The notes: a model not told the origin generated them from the letters alone. A stretch of DNA of 64,000 nucleotides from Oopsacas minuta (GCA_024704765.1 JAKMXF010000330.1:242953-306952); one strand, 5' to 3'. Shown: positions 37,001 to 48,628, numbered from the stretch's first letter. Program-made: numbers and translations.

Positions 37001-40000
37001 TTCAATTTGGCAGACAGTGGATAGATCATACTAAAGAATATATGCATAAATAATTGTAAAGAATTAATATACACATAGAGAGTAGCATAGCTCGAAAAGC
37101 ATCAATATGTAATACCCACACAAAAATATTTCTTTCCAAAAGTTAATTATCTTCAACACTGCAAATCCTTTGTAAAGCACATGCATAGGTAATCATTCTT
37201 GGGAAATATTAATTAAATTTAACTAAATAAATGAGTATATCGATTCTTTAGAAATATATGCATATACGACAGAATAATTACACCTTAAAAGGATGGAAAC
37301 GAATTAAAAGGAGATATTAAACAATAAGAATAGGTTAAATCATGAGAGAGTATTTGCTTCTGGTCATATGTTACATAATTTCAATCTTACATATAATATC
37401 AAGCATTGCTGTTGACATAACGAATAGTGACATTGCTTATGCATCTTCACGAGCTATCGTGTATGATTTCGTATCAGTTGAGACTAAGAATGTTTCTCCT
37501 CCGATCAAACAAGTTCATTTCGGAAATCCAGGGCATCCGAGTGATGTAGAATATCTAATACGTTTTGATAACGGGAGTCAATGGAATTTGATCCTGCAAT
37601 TAAACACACAACTTATCCCAAATAAATTCCAGTGTATACATCACGATCCCTTATCTGGCAATAAAATAATCGGTAATTCTATTGAGCACTGTTTCTACCA
37701 TGGATATCTCAGACAGGCTGGAGAGGATGATTCTATGGTAGCTGTGTCAACATGTAACGGCCTGCATGGTACAGTATATTCTAAAGGAGAAATCTACATC
37801 ATTCAACCCACTAGTCAACATTCTCCTAAGAAGTATTTCGTGCATAGCATAAAAGATGAACATCCTAGCCCGTATTCTGTGTGTGGTACAGAAACACAAC
37901 AACCTCAGGACCCCATACATGTCATACAACAGTTTAAAGAACACAAGATGATCAGAAGAACCACATTCAGCAAATTCGTGGAATTGTATCTGACGATAGA
38001 TAACAGCTTGTATGAGCTGATTAGCTCGGACACAACACTGAGTAGACAATATGCGATAGAAATAGCTAATGAGATGGACTTGATGTATAAGACAATAGGA
38101 GTAAGGGTTGCTATAGTGGGAGTACAAATCTGGAGCTCTACTGACCAGATCACAGTTAATAGAGATCTTGATATAACTCTGAATAACTGGTTACAATATC
38201 TACCAACACTAAAAGCACAAACTTCATTCACATACGATAACGCGCAGCTGATAATTGGCTTAGAGTTTCCATCAAATAATGTAATAGGTAAGGCTCCGGT
38301 TGGCTCCATGTGTTTTGAACTCTCAGGGGGAGTGAATAGGGATACGGCAGGGAACAATGCATTGCGGATAGCTTCCACAGTTTCGCATGAAATGGGTCAC
38401 AACTTCGGGATGCAACATGATGAAGATCGCAGTTGCTACGTGCCTTGTACAGATGGCTGTGTGATGAATGCAGTGTCATCTGGACAACCGGCTACTGAGT
38501 TCAGTCCATGTAGTGTAGATGATTTGAACACAAACTTAGCTGATGGAGTAGGTTTCTGCATATTTAATGAACCAACTAACCTTGCTACAGACCCAGTCTG
38601 TGGTAATGGATTCATTGAATCGGGGGAACAATGCGACTGTGGGCCTATAGCTACATGTGATAGTGTTGATCCTTGTTGTGAACCAGGACAGTGTATGTTG
38701 AAACCAGGTGCACAGTGTGCTACTGGGGAATGCTGTACGGATTGTCAATACAGCAGTTCCACACAAGAGTGTAGAGTTCGTGGGAATATCTGCGATCTAG
38801 CAGAGTACTGCACAGGCAGTGATAGTCTGTGTCCAAACAACATATTGAAGAGAGATGGACTGCCATGTACTGTCAGTACTGGAGACTCGTTCTGCTATCA
38901 AGGAGATTGCAAAACTCTGACAGGACAATGTAATTACCTCTGGGGTGTAACCAGCTCTGTAGGAGCTAATATATGTTTTGATGAACTCAACATTAATGGA
39001 GATACATATGGAAATTGTGGAGATGATGGCAATTCATTCATCGCTTGTGCTCTTGCTGACGTCAGATGTGGGAAAGTTCATTGCACTAACATAAGTTCAG
39101 GAGACTTCCAGCTTTCAGGAAATGTCTTATACAGTACAGTAACATTTTATGGTTCGGTTGAGGCTGTTTGTGAGGGTGCAAGTGTTGATGTGGGAAACGA
39201 TGTTCCTGATCCGGGGCTGGTATTCGACGGAACTCTCTGTGGTACAGATTCTATTTGCAAATCACAATCCTGTATCACACTACAGTCTCTAAACCTACCA
39301 ACTTGTCCTGACAACAATGGAATGGAATGTTCTGGAAATGGAGTTTGCACAAATGAAATTGTATGTGTTTGTAACAACGGATTCAGTGGGTCAGACTGTA
39401 GCATGACTGAACCAATAACCACACAAACTACAATAACTACACCTAGTTCTACAGTCAGCGCACAAACTACAATAACTACACCTAGTTCTACAGTCAGCGC
39501 ACAAACTACAATAACTACACCTAGTTCTACAGCCAGCACGCAACCTTCAACTAATACAACACCTGGATCAAGTCAGCCTACAGTTGTAGCTACTGACAGT
39601 CCAACAGTCAGCATCAATACCAACTATACTACATTCACTACAGTTATACTGCCTACAGTACCTTCTCCAATATTCAATAATGTGTACTTCCAAGTAGGAG
39701 TGGGTTTAGGAGGAGGAGTGTTGCTATTACTCATTAGTGCTGCCTGCTTACTATGCATCTGTTGTATATGTGTGAGGTCAAGGAAGAAGAATAAGAACAA
39801 GTATATATACAATAATAAAGATAAACAACTACAGATGCTGACAGGCAGTCAATATTCTCCATTAAGAAATGTTTACCCTCATAACGTTACCCTGGAGCCG
39901 ACAAATTACCCTGGACCTCCTCCTACCCCCCCGATGAAACCTAAGCCTAGTCACCCTCCAAGCACTAAGCCTGCTCTACCCCCTAATAAGCCTAAATCTA

Positions 40001-42188
40001 AGATATCTGAGACTAGGGTACCTGTATAGGACAATACAATACAAGTACATTTGCTATATATATAATGTTTAGAATATATGCTGTGTAATACAGTGTTAGA
40101 TACCACATAGTAGTATGTTTTGTAAATCTATGTAGTTTGTGTATAAATAAGATACTTACCTATATTGACAATGTCTTGTGCAAGAGAATGCGTGAATAGA
40201 GGAGTAAAGTCGCTACCTAGTGTAGGTGTTCTGTCACTACTACTCAGCTCGTCATGAGTTTGTATCGGTTCTATTCTCTGTATCAACCTAGTTCCTGGAG
40301 ATAGTTTGATATCTGGACCAATAGTTAGACCTCGAGAAATGAAGCTACTAGATCCTATGCTGCACCGTGATTTAATTATGACGTCATTAGCTATAATACA
40401 GCCTGTGATAGTACAATTATCATGAATAGTAACATTACTCCAAATATAGCTGTCTTCTATCTTCACATGTTCTCCAACTACTACGTTATCTCCCAGCACA
40501 GAATGAGTTATGGACGCGCCTGGAAATAGACAGGAGTATTAGCTAATTATATTTGCAAGACCGATGTATATAATAGCTTACCAGAGTGAATATGACATAG
40601 CTTCCCAATTACAACATTAACTTCCAAACGACTCCCTCTCTCTAGTGTTACACAGGTGCCTATATATATATTCCTTCTAGAATATTCGTACTTATCCCCT
40701 GGAGACAGCTTCAGATTAGAGTCAGGTACATAAGGATAGGTCCATCTCTCCATAGCATCTGTATTAATACAGTGATAAGCTAGAGGTGTGCTGGCAGAAG
40801 AGAGGTAGCATCTCCCATCTAGAATGTGCGTGTGTATCTGATTGCTTAGAAGCTCTTCATCCACAAGAATTCCATTAATAAAGTCTTCTATCGTTTGATA
40901 GTCGAAGTTCTCAGAGAATAGCTGTGGAACCTGATAGTATAGATAAATTTATTAACAATTATCCCACAAATTGTCAGTACATTGGATAATCAAACCCGCA
41001 ACCTCTCGAGCTCAGGGAGCTCTTCTTGAACGTTATCAATAGTTATTCCTTAACATAGACGTATTATACCTGGATACACCAGGGCAAATGTATTTGAAAA
41101 CCCAAAGGCATAATCTGAGAAATAATGACTTCTCTATACTCAACTCAAGTAAATACTACTCACTAGAGTATCAGAAAATTGAATGTTTTGTAGAACAACA
41201 ATTACATATAATTAAATAGTGTGTCCCTGAAAAATCTAACTTAAAAGCTGGGCATTATACTCCAGAAAATCACGGTCATACCATTTTCTGTCCCAAATCA
41301 TACGTCTAAAGGAATATACCAGCACCTAGATATACTCTATGTCACACTGACCTGAGGCGAGCAAATGAAGAGACATGTCTCTTGAATATCATAATGTAGC
41401 TCGACTGAGTTATGAGATAATATCTTATCAAGTGGAAATTTCAGTTTATTTCTGTATCCAGTCTTCTGATAGAAAAGCAGCTGTTTCTCATTCTGACTTA
41501 TCATAAGAGCTAGATCGTTCTCTTGAGTCCTACCTCTCTGTTGCGGGGCTCCTCTCTGAAATACCATCGTCATCATAGAACCTATAATTCAATTAACTAT
41601 ACATTAGCTATGGGGTAAGTTGTAAAGAGATTAACCTGGATTATTCTTCGTCCGTGTTCTGTGTTCCTTTATAATTTCTAACACGTCTACGTTAGAAATA
41701 ACACAACCGTACAGAAGCACAAAGTCAGAATGTATCAGCTGAGAAGAGTGCACATGTTTAAGACAACTGCCCAGAGAGTCACAGGTCTCAGAGAATAGAG
41801 AATGGATACTGAGCTTAGCTCCCTTCTGGATTAACATGAAATTCTTGATGAATTCCCCCAGCTACAAGAGAGGCAGAGTATAAACTTAGTATTTACATAT
41901 CTAATACCAGTCTGTATAATCTATCAGCTGATAGAATACTACCTCCTTTGAACAATGCTTGCCTACAATGAGTAGCTCCTGTATACCAGCACTCCTGAGG
42001 AAGTATAACGTATAGCTGAGGATAGGTTCATTAGCCACGGGGAAGAGACAGAGGGGGTAATTAGAGGAGAGGGGAGAGAAATACAAGTTGTAACAGTCAA
42101 TTAGGAGGACAGCTTGTAGAGTAGGCTCTGAGATTTGTTCTGATTTAGATCCCTCCCCACCACCTTTCTTCGAACCTTTCTTACTCAT
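34037..42188 (-). CDS. EIF2B5: Translation initiation factor eIF2B subunit epsilon, 7 exons
   Basis: Exons 41943-42188, 41636-41861, 41352-41581, 40582-40930, 40160-40519, 35203-35627 and 34037-34273, all GT-AG and in phase. Motifs: LQAVLLID, PLCLFPVAN, QLFSENFDYQ, left-handed beta-helix repeats, W2 domain ending VEWLQNADTDSSD. Confidence 0.93.
34986..35075. mobile_element. 90-bp hAT-type MITE in the last EIF2B5 intron
   Basis: CAGGGGTGCG / CGCAACCCTG termini. 8-bp flanks GTTTAAAT and ATTTAAAT (TSD with one mismatch). Confidence 0.55.
37342..40029 (+). CDS. ADAM metalloprotease-disintegrin (895 aa, intronless), nested antisense in EIF2B5 intron 35628-40159
   Basis: Signal peptide, prodomain, HEMGHNFGMQHD zinc motif, CGNGFIESGEQCDCG disintegrin, Cys-rich and EGF domains, TM helix, Pro-rich tail. 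Confidence 0.95.
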   Translation: MREYLLLVICYIISILHIISSIAVDITNSDIAYASSRAIVYDFVSVETKNVSPPIKQVHFGNPGHPSDVEYLIRFDNGSQWNLILQLNTQLIPNKFQCIHHDPLSGNKIIGNSIEHCFYHGYLRQAGEDDSMVAVSTCNGLHGTVYSKGEIYIIQPTSQHSPKKYFVHSIKDEHPSPYSVCGTETQQPQDPIHVIQQFKEHKMIRRTTFSKFVELYLTIDNSLYELISSDTTLSRQYAIEIANEMDLMYKTIGVRVAIVGVQIWSSTDQITVNRDLDITLNNWLQYLPTLKAQTSFTYDNAQLIIGLEFPSNNVIGKAPVGSMCFELSGGVNRDTAGNNALRIASTVSHEMGHNFGMQHDEDRSCYVPCTDGCVMNAVSSGQPATEFSPCSVDDLNTNLADGVGFCIFNEPTNLATDPVCGNGFIESGEQCDCGPIATCDSVDPCCEPGQCMLKPGAQCATGECCTDCQYSSSTQECRVRGNICDLAEYCTGSDSLCPNNILKRDGLPCTVSTGDSFCYQGDCKTLTGQCNYLWGVTSSVGANICFDELNINGDTYGNCGDDGNSFIACALADVRCGKVHCTNISSGDFQLSGNVLYSTVTFYGSVEAVCEGASVDVGNDVPDPGLVFDGTLCGTDSICKSQSCITLQSLNLPTCPDNNGMECSGNGVCTNEIVCVCNNGFSGSDCSMTEPITTQTTITTPSSTVSAQTTITTPSSTVSAQTTITTPSSTASTQPSTNTTPGSSQPTVVATDSPTVSINTNYTTFTTVILPTVPSPIFNNVYFQVGVGLGGGVLLLLISAACLLCICCICVRSRKKNKNKYIYNNKDKQLQMLTGSQYSPLRNVYPHNVTLEPTNYPGPPPTPPMKPKPSHPPSTKPALPPNKPKSKISETRVPV
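39422..39538 (+). repeat. 39-bp x3 tandem repeat encoding a Thr/Ser stalk (QTTITTPSSTVSA)
   Basis: Unit CACAAACTACAATAACTACACCTAGTTCTACAGTCAGCG, near-perfect. Confidence 0.9.
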
Positions 42189-42429
42189 CACGAGTTTATT
42201 ACCCTTATAGTACACGAACTATTGAACTTATTAATTAAGTGAAATAAGTACTCTAGCATTTTAATAAAAACTTCAAATGCAATTAAAATTCTGTAATAAT
42301 TAAAACATAATAATGAATTCAAGATAGAATATCAAATCATAGAATGTATGTACATAAGTATGTGATCATAAGACATCAGGTACAGCGTTAAAATCCCACT
42401 GAGCTACTTCAAAATATACAAGCTGTGAG

Positions 42430-43050
42430 CTAGCAGATACAATTCCGTTTTCTAACATTTCCTGTATCCTCTACACTAATATTATAATCTGGAGTCTCTA
42501 TCATATTATGTTCAAAAGTATTGTATAACTTCTGTGCTGAATACGCGAATGCACGGTCAATTTCTTCTACATCTTTTTTAGCTGAAAGTTCAAAAAAATG
42601 CATTGAATGTTCTTTTGCAAAATGTTCCGCTCGTGTACGGGGAACCTTTCGTTGTAACTCTAGGTCTGTTTTTGTACCGACAAGAAACTTCATTGGTTTT
42701 ACAGTACCTAATGTTTGTTTATCAAGTTCTCTTTCCCAATTAATTAAGCTTTCAAACGAGTCCGCATTTGTGATGTCATATATGAATAGTGCCCCGTGTG
42801 TACCCCTGTAGTATTTTCCTGTTATACTGAATCTGAATCTTTCTTGGCCTGCTGTGTCCCACAACTGGAGACGTATGTTACCTTCAGGACAGTCATGGAG
42901 TTGGACTGACTTCTCCCAAACGTCGAACCCAATCGTAACCTCGACATTCTCAGGAAATACATTAAATTTACAAACATGACATAGAGATGTTTTCCCAACC
43001 CCTGAGTCTCCTAATACTATCACTTTGTAGAGTGGGATACTCTCAGTCAT
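42430..43050 (-). CDS. Rab GTPase, Rab33-like
   Basis: GDSGVGKT, TIGFD, WDTAGQERFRFSI (one-residue insertion as in Rab33 QERFRKSM), ELSAK, and C-terminal CIC prenylation motif. Subfamily assignment is by eye only. Confidence 0.8.
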   Translation of the reverse strand: MTESIPLYKVIVLGDSGVGKTSLCHVCKFNVFPENVEVTIGFDVWEKSVQLHDCPEGNIRLQLWDTAGQERFRFSITGKYYRGTHGALFIYDITNADSFESLINWERELDKQTLGTVKPMKFLVGTKTDLELQRKVPRTRAEHFAKEHSMHFFELSAKKDVEEIDRAFAYSAQKLYNTFEHNMIETPDYNISVEDTGNVRKRNCIC

Positions 43051-44015
43051 TTCTAATTACAAGAAATTTTCATTTCACCAATCACTTAATAAATATGTAG
43101 ATAGAATGGCTCCCAACCATAACACACATATATGCTTGAAATAGCTACCAACGTTTATTGTAGTACAAGTTATTTTCATGGCATAATTTCATTGGATATT
43201 CATAACAAGACAATATTCTCAAATATTTCCTATTTAACATGAATTTCCATCGCAAAACGAGAATTTGATAGCAGAGGAATTATTATAACTTGTGATAATA
43301 ACCTCTAGCTCTATGTCCCAGGAAACTTGCAAGAGGAGACTAGAGTGATCATATGATTTTGTTAAAACCTGAGTGCCACAAATACATTTTCTAATATCCG
43401 AAAAAACAAAACAAAACTGAATCATAGTATTGACTAGCCCTAACATACATAGTGAAATTGCAAATAAGTGAATCCCAAATAAAAATCGAGACATCTTAGT
43501 TCATGTAGTTTGTCCCACTTAAACTGTACAACTTAATGGGATGAATGGGTGCAAGCGAGATGAATCCGTTCCTGGAAAGTTGACATGATTAAGAGTAGTC
43601 CTGTAAACGTAATATACATGAGATATTCTAGTGATAGCTCGGTTTGCACGTTTATAACGGAACAATTATTAATTTCAGTATACTACATATGTATACACGC
43701 ACCAAAATGCTCTAATGTGTTAATGTACCGTTGTATGATTTTTTACACCAGTTACTTCTAGTACCTAGTTTGTAGGTTATACAGTTATAGTATTTGCTCT
43801 TTTAAATATTTTTCATTCTATGAAATGATTCGATAAAGTTGATATAAATCATATATGTACTACGAATTCACAAAAAACATGTAAAACTACAGTGAACATT
43901 CTGTTGATAATTGTATAAATGGTATTTAATTAATATTAAATCTAGTACGTACATCATTGACCTATTAAATGTATTAATAAGCGCAGCCAAACGATAAAAT
44001 AATTTACAATCGATA

Positions 44016-47000
44016 TTATGGCTTAATAAACAGATGGGTTGGAATCATAGAGTTTGCGACACCTTCATATGGTCCAATGTCTCTGAGAAATCGAATCCAG
44101 AATCTTGGAAGTTTTAAGTTACCTGAGAAGGTTGGACATAGACAGTATGAGATTGTATGTTCGGAACGCGGGAGAACATTAAACGATTGAGCCTTGATCC
44201 CGCTAAAGAGGAAATCAGGGCTGTCATCTATTCCAACTTCAAATTCTTGTACAAATAGAGTCTTGTTGAATATTACGTAACGATAGTCCAATGGTTCGTA
44301 GATCTTCCCAAACGAAGGATGTACTGGTTTGATTATGAAAGGAATATCTTTAACCACCACACGAGGTAAATTGTATGTCATAGTTGTCTCGTTAAACTCC
44401 TCATTGTCATCATAAGCTATACGTTTCCATTTGATGACGTAATCTCCAATAGAGAATTTAGAATTAGCAGGCTGTCCATCCGGCACCTGCATACAGAATA
44501 TCTCAGATAGAGATTCTTCATGTTCAATAGCACATCCCTGTATCTGGGAATCGTTTAGTTGTGCTATTTCTAACGAGGGACTCTGCTTTAAACATGAATC
44601 AGTTATTTTCAGAGGCCATGGACAAGTAGAGGTAGTCTCAAGATGTAGAAGAAATGGTTCTTCGGACCTGACAGATAACTCTAGAGGGAGATATCTCATA
44701 GTGGTCAGATAGGGAATAATCTTGAAGGGATATACTATGTTGATAGAAGAACGACATTCTTTAATGCATGAACACTGAATAGACCCGTGTTCCCCTAGGT
44801 CACAATATATATCATAGCTAACCAGTAGATGGAATTCCTGTATACTAGCAGACTTGCTCTTAACACTTACTGACCTAGTAGCAACCTCTCCAGCTGTTAT
44901 TATATCTTGCTTGAATGTAAAATCCGTCAGAGATTCTAACCTGTTACCACAAATAGAGAGATCCTGTGCTAAACTGGTAACAATAGGTGTATCTTCTGAG
45001 GGTTTTAGGAGCTCTAGTTTAAATGATACATTAGAGATATCACTCTCTTCTTTGTTCTCCAAGATAAGAGTAAGTTTGTGTAAGTCTCCTACCAGGCTAG
45101 GTGAGGGGGTTTGGATGTAGAGACCTATTTTAGGCTCTCTGAGAATTATGTCAGTACTACAGTTGTTAAGTAGTCTGTTCCATTTCTTGGAGAATTCAAG
45201 TGGTGGTCGGATAGATGGCTGTCCCCATGATACAGGGGGTAGAGACCAGGTAAGGGTGACAGGATGCTCGTTACCACTGTATCCAATCTCTATGTGTATA
45301 GAATCAGCGTGAATAGAACTACCTACGTCATGTGTGTGTGGTAGGAAAGTGAATGTATGAGAGAATATAGAATAAGGATATAACATGAATGACTCCCCAT
45401 CTTGAGAGGGAGACAGAGTACAACATTCAGAGTAATACTCTCTAGATAGATGTATACTGATATTTTTAAGAGGAAGTACACGGGAAGAAGAAGAGAATAC
45501 GTATACATGTAGTATTACAATCTGATCAGCCTGGAAGTTATCTCTATCAAACAATACTTTACACTCAATACAACCAGCCAACTGATTCATGTCTAGTTTG
45601 ACATGTGATAGCTCTCTAGCTTCGCACATGTTACTCCATTCCATGTGAGTACTCTCTCTGAGGTGAGGAGGACACTTATCAGGAGAGTTAGGAGGCTGGT
45701 ACCTCAGGAACTTCTCTAGGGAGTCTTGTAACTGGAGCTTAGTTGTACTATCAGTAGGGCTGTAATGTGAGAGTGATTCTATGAGAATCATAACGAAGAA
45801 AGGATAGCTCTTCTCAAGATAAGCACAACATAGACAGAGCTCTCCTACTCTCTCTAGCAGACTCCACCAATGCTCACCTCTGAATAATAGAGATACAGTA
45901 CCTAACAGCAGATCTAGAATCTTCTTGTATTCTCCAGCTGAGAAGTACTCTTCAGCTAATTGAACCTTTATAGAGGCAGTCAGACGACGACTAGAGTACC
46001 GTTTGAATTGGTTAACAGCTCTACATAGCAACCCTATTACCTCCCAGTTATGTTCCACATTCCTCTCCTGCTCACACAGATAAGCTACACCAGCATTACG
46101 CATAGTATCGTCACTCTCCTCGTTCTCTGGTACTCCATCTCTCCAGGCGTACTGCCCGTAGAACCTTGGGTTTGGAGGTTTATATAAAGTAATAGAATTG
46201 CTGTTAACAGTAGGTAGCTTGTTAGAAGTATCTTTACGAGTCTTAGCATGCTTTGAAGCTATGACGTAATACATCCCCGGATTTAGAGTTTGTATACCAT
46301 CTAGAGCATCTGAGAACATTCTGGCAAAGTGACTGTTCTCAGCTGCTAGCCAATGTTGGTGTTGGAATGATAGGGAACGTGGTCCTTCATGTTTACGAAA
46401 TATCTCAATGTGTTTTTTGAAGTTACTAATTGCTTGTCTCGGATTGTCAACAAATGTCAATTGGCAAATCTTATAATTCAGAATCCCTGCTACCATCTTC
46501 ACTTCTAGAGCATTCCTATTATCCACTTGTATCTCCAAGAGATAGTTGTAAGCATGGTTGTAGTGCTTGAGGGCGACAGGCATTTCCTTCTTGAACTCTG
46601 AGAAGAAACCTATCTTGAACTGATGTCTAACGAACAGAGACAAGTGTAAAGGCTTGGATAGCAGGTCCTTATGAGCTCGTACTGTCTTTATACGTTGTGT
46701 ATAGTATAGCATAGCTTGTTCCATAAATGATATTTCTATCTTGAGGATACAGTCCATCATGCGTTCTGTGTATGGCAGGTGAAACATCTGTTCTACCTGA
46801 ATACCACAGGCCTGTGCAAGAGCAGTCATACGTTTAGCTGTCAGCTGATCAACAGGTGAACCACTATGAGAAGCATGGAACATGCGTGATTGAATGAGAA
46901 CAAGTAAAATACGTGTGTTCAAACCTTGTAGAGAGTGACGGAGACAAGATACACGGGAACAAACCTCTGTCTGTTTTTGGTCGTAGTCTTGTGCGTCCCA

Positions 47001-47345
47001 ATCAAGATCATAGAACAGTGCCAACACAGAAGGTAGTTTGTGGAGATGTTTCTGTATCCAGCTAGTTGGTATTATCCCTACAGGGATATAATTCTCGTAG
47101 TTTAGCCGCTGTTTAGATCTCACAGGATATTCGTGGGTAGCAGTTACCAGCTGGTAGTTAGTAATAGGACGTTTAGTACTTCTGTGTACAGTAAAGGCTT
47201 CGTGTATCCGTTTGTGTACGTCTTTCTCTCCTACGGCTAGCCCTACTAAGAATATGAGGGGGCGTGGGCGATGGGAGAGGTCATCTGGGAAGAACCCAGG
47301 ATCATTTGGACTCTTTTCTAATATTTTAGGCGCCTCAGACATCAA
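44016..47345 (-). CDS. TRAPPC11: Trafficking protein particle complex subunit 11 (1109 aa, intronless)
   Basis: YENYIPVGIIPTSWIQKHLHKLPSVLALFYDLDWD, FVRHQFKIGFFSE and GILNYKICQL resemble TRAPPC11. Length is also consistent. Confidence 0.9.
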   Translation of the reverse strand: MMSEAPKILEKSPNDPGFFPDDLSHRPRPLIFLVGLAVGEKDVHKRIHEAFTVHRSTKRPITNYQLVTATHEYPVRSKQRLNYENYIPVGIIPTSWIQKHLHKLPSVLALFYDLDWDAQDYDQKQTEVCSRVSCLRHSLQGLNTRILLVLIQSRMFHASHSGSPVDQLTAKRMTALAQACGIQVEQMFHLPYTERMMDCILKIEISFMEQAMLYYTQRIKTVRAHKDLLSKPLHLSLFVRHQFKIGFFSEFKKEMPVALKHYNHAYNYLLEIQVDNRNALEVKMVAGILNYKICQLTFVDNPRQAISNFKKHIEIFRKHEGPRSLSFQHQHWLAAENSHFARMFSDALDGIQTLNPGMYYVIASKHAKTRKDTSNKLPTVNSNSITLYKPPNPRFYGQYAWRDGVPENEESDDTMRNAGVAYLCEQERNVEHNWEVIGLLCRAVNQFKRYSSRRLTASIKVQLAEEYFSAGEYKKILDLLLGTVSLLFRGEHWWSLLERVGELCLCCAYLEKSYPFFVMILIESLSHYSPTDSTTKLQLQDSLEKFLRYQPPNSPDKCPPHLRESTHMEWSNMCEARELSHVKLDMNQLAGCIECKVLFDRDNFQADQIVILHVYVFSSSSRVLPLKNISIHLSREYYSECCTLSPSQDGESFMLYPYSIFSHTFTFLPHTHDVGSSIHADSIHIEIGYSGNEHPVTLTWSLPPVSWGQPSIRPPLEFSKKWNRLLNNCSTDIILREPKIGLYIQTPSPSLVGDLHKLTLILENKEESDISNVSFKLELLKPSEDTPIVTSLAQDLSICGNRLESLTDFTFKQDIITAGEVATRSVSVKSKSASIQEFHLLVSYDIYCDLGEHGSIQCSCIKECRSSINIVYPFKIIPYLTTMRYLPLELSVRSEEPFLLHLETTSTCPWPLKITDSCLKQSPSLEIAQLNDSQIQGCAIEHEESLSEIFCMQVPDGQPANSKFSIGDYVIKWKRIAYDDNEEFNETTMTYNLPRVVVKDIPFIIKPVHPSFGKIYEPLDYRYVIFNKTLFVQEFEVGIDDSPDFLFSGIKAQSFNVLPRSEHTISYCLCPTFSGNLKLPRFWIRFLRDIGPYEGVANSMIPTHLFIKP

Positions 47346-47917
47346 TTGATACTATTATTCGTGAGGCTAAATGAATGAGTAATTGAGTACACAGAGTTTA
47401 GAATGATAATATAAGATTGAACAGTTCTATTGCTTGTATAATGTCAATACACAAATATATTATTAAGAGATAAACCAGGGTTAATTAATAAAGTATACAA
47501 ATACTCATAATAGAATATATTAGCACAATGGACAAATGTTTCGTAAGAATAAGAAGTCACGACTGTTGTCTGTTATCAGATTTGGCTGATGGGATACATA
47601 CAATTCGTGACATGCAATTTAGTAAGAGGCTGATAGGAGCTAGGCAAACAGGTCCCTAGACTCCCGCTAATTATAGATAGGTTACACTGTAGTCACTACT
47701 GGCCCTTGAGTCTGATTCAAAATTTTCCGCCCTTCACCCAATTCTCAGTATTCAAATAGTAAAATATCCTAGATCCAAAGATTATGCCCCTAGTTCGCCT
47801 TATGGAAGGACGGCCCGACTGTAGTAAGTGCAGTAAAATCTTCATACCCATTCATTAGTAAATATATTACTGTAATTTAATGAAATAATTACATTAAAGT
47901 GTTTAATATTTAAAGTG

Positions 47918-48628
47918 CTAATCGTCATCAGTAGCTCTTCTGAAATTCCTCTTCTTGGATTTGAACCCTTGATTAAACTCTACACTCTTGTGCTCTTGAG
48001 AAGGTAGAATAGACTGTATAGTCCTCTCAGTGAATTCGAGAGGTTCTATGAGTTCTTCTTGATATTGTTCTATAATTTCGCTTGTATTTTCTTTCGGTTC
48101 TTCTACTGGTAGCCACATACCATAAGGGTGAGTTCGCGAGTCAGGATCTGGCTTGATTTTCTTAGCTGGAGGAATGAATATAGAATTGGAAGAGTCTTTC
48201 TTCTTATCGGATTTAGAGCCAAGAAATTTTGTCTTGTTTGAATGCTTTGTTGTACAAGTGGTTTCATGAGCTTCTTGTTTGGGAGAGAAGCTCATAGGAG
48301 CAGAGGGTTCTTGTTTTGGAGAGCTAGGTTGTAGCTTAGACGGAACCGTTCTCTTCTTTTGAGAATCAGGTTTAGCAACTCCAGACATGATATCCTGATG
48401 ATAAGACGCTAGCGCTGCCTCATCAATGTGTGCAAAGAACTTTTTAGCGAGTTTCTCCTCCTCGTTTTTCTTGGCAGACCTAATCCTAACTTCCTTCAAA
48501 TATTTAGCTACATTATCTTTATGGTTCTTACCACCTTCATGATGCGCCAAGCTAGCTTTGTTATCACCGAACCAGCACTTACATATCTCACAGTACTTTC
48601 TTGGGAGAGATTTCCACTTCTCTGACAT
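47918..48628 (-). CDS. WBP4: WBP4/FBP21-like U1-type zinc-finger protein
   Basis: WKSLPRKYCEICKCWFGDNKASLAHHEGGKNHKDNV matches the WBP4 N-terminal matrin zinc finger. HPYGMW and FKSKK match its C-terminal motifs. Confidence 0.78.
   Translation of the reverse strand: MSEKWKSLPRKYCEICKCWFGDNKASLAHHEGGKNHKDNVAKYLKEVRIRSAKKNEEEKLAKKFFAHIDEAALASYHQDIMSGVAKPDSQKKRTVPSKLQPSSPKQEPSAPMSFSPKQEAHETTCTTKHSNKTKFLGSKSDKKKDSSNSIFIPPAKKIKPDPDSRTHPYGMWLPVEEPKENTSEIIEQYQEELIEPLEFTERTIQSILPSQEHKSVEFNQGFKSKKRNFRRATDDD

Noticed and set aside
5485-38717. Scattered CACAGTG/CACTGTG heptamers in MATE copies (DTLC codons), at 14163 and in ADAM (38711)
   Set aside because: They are explained by coding sequence and chance, with no second motif or TSD.
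42189-43075. Operon or spliced-leader trans-splicing for Rab-EIF2B5 (~240-bp gap, AG just upstream of some ATGs)
   Set aside because: AG dinucleotides are too common and the MATE starts lack them. This cannot be supported without 5'-end transcript data.
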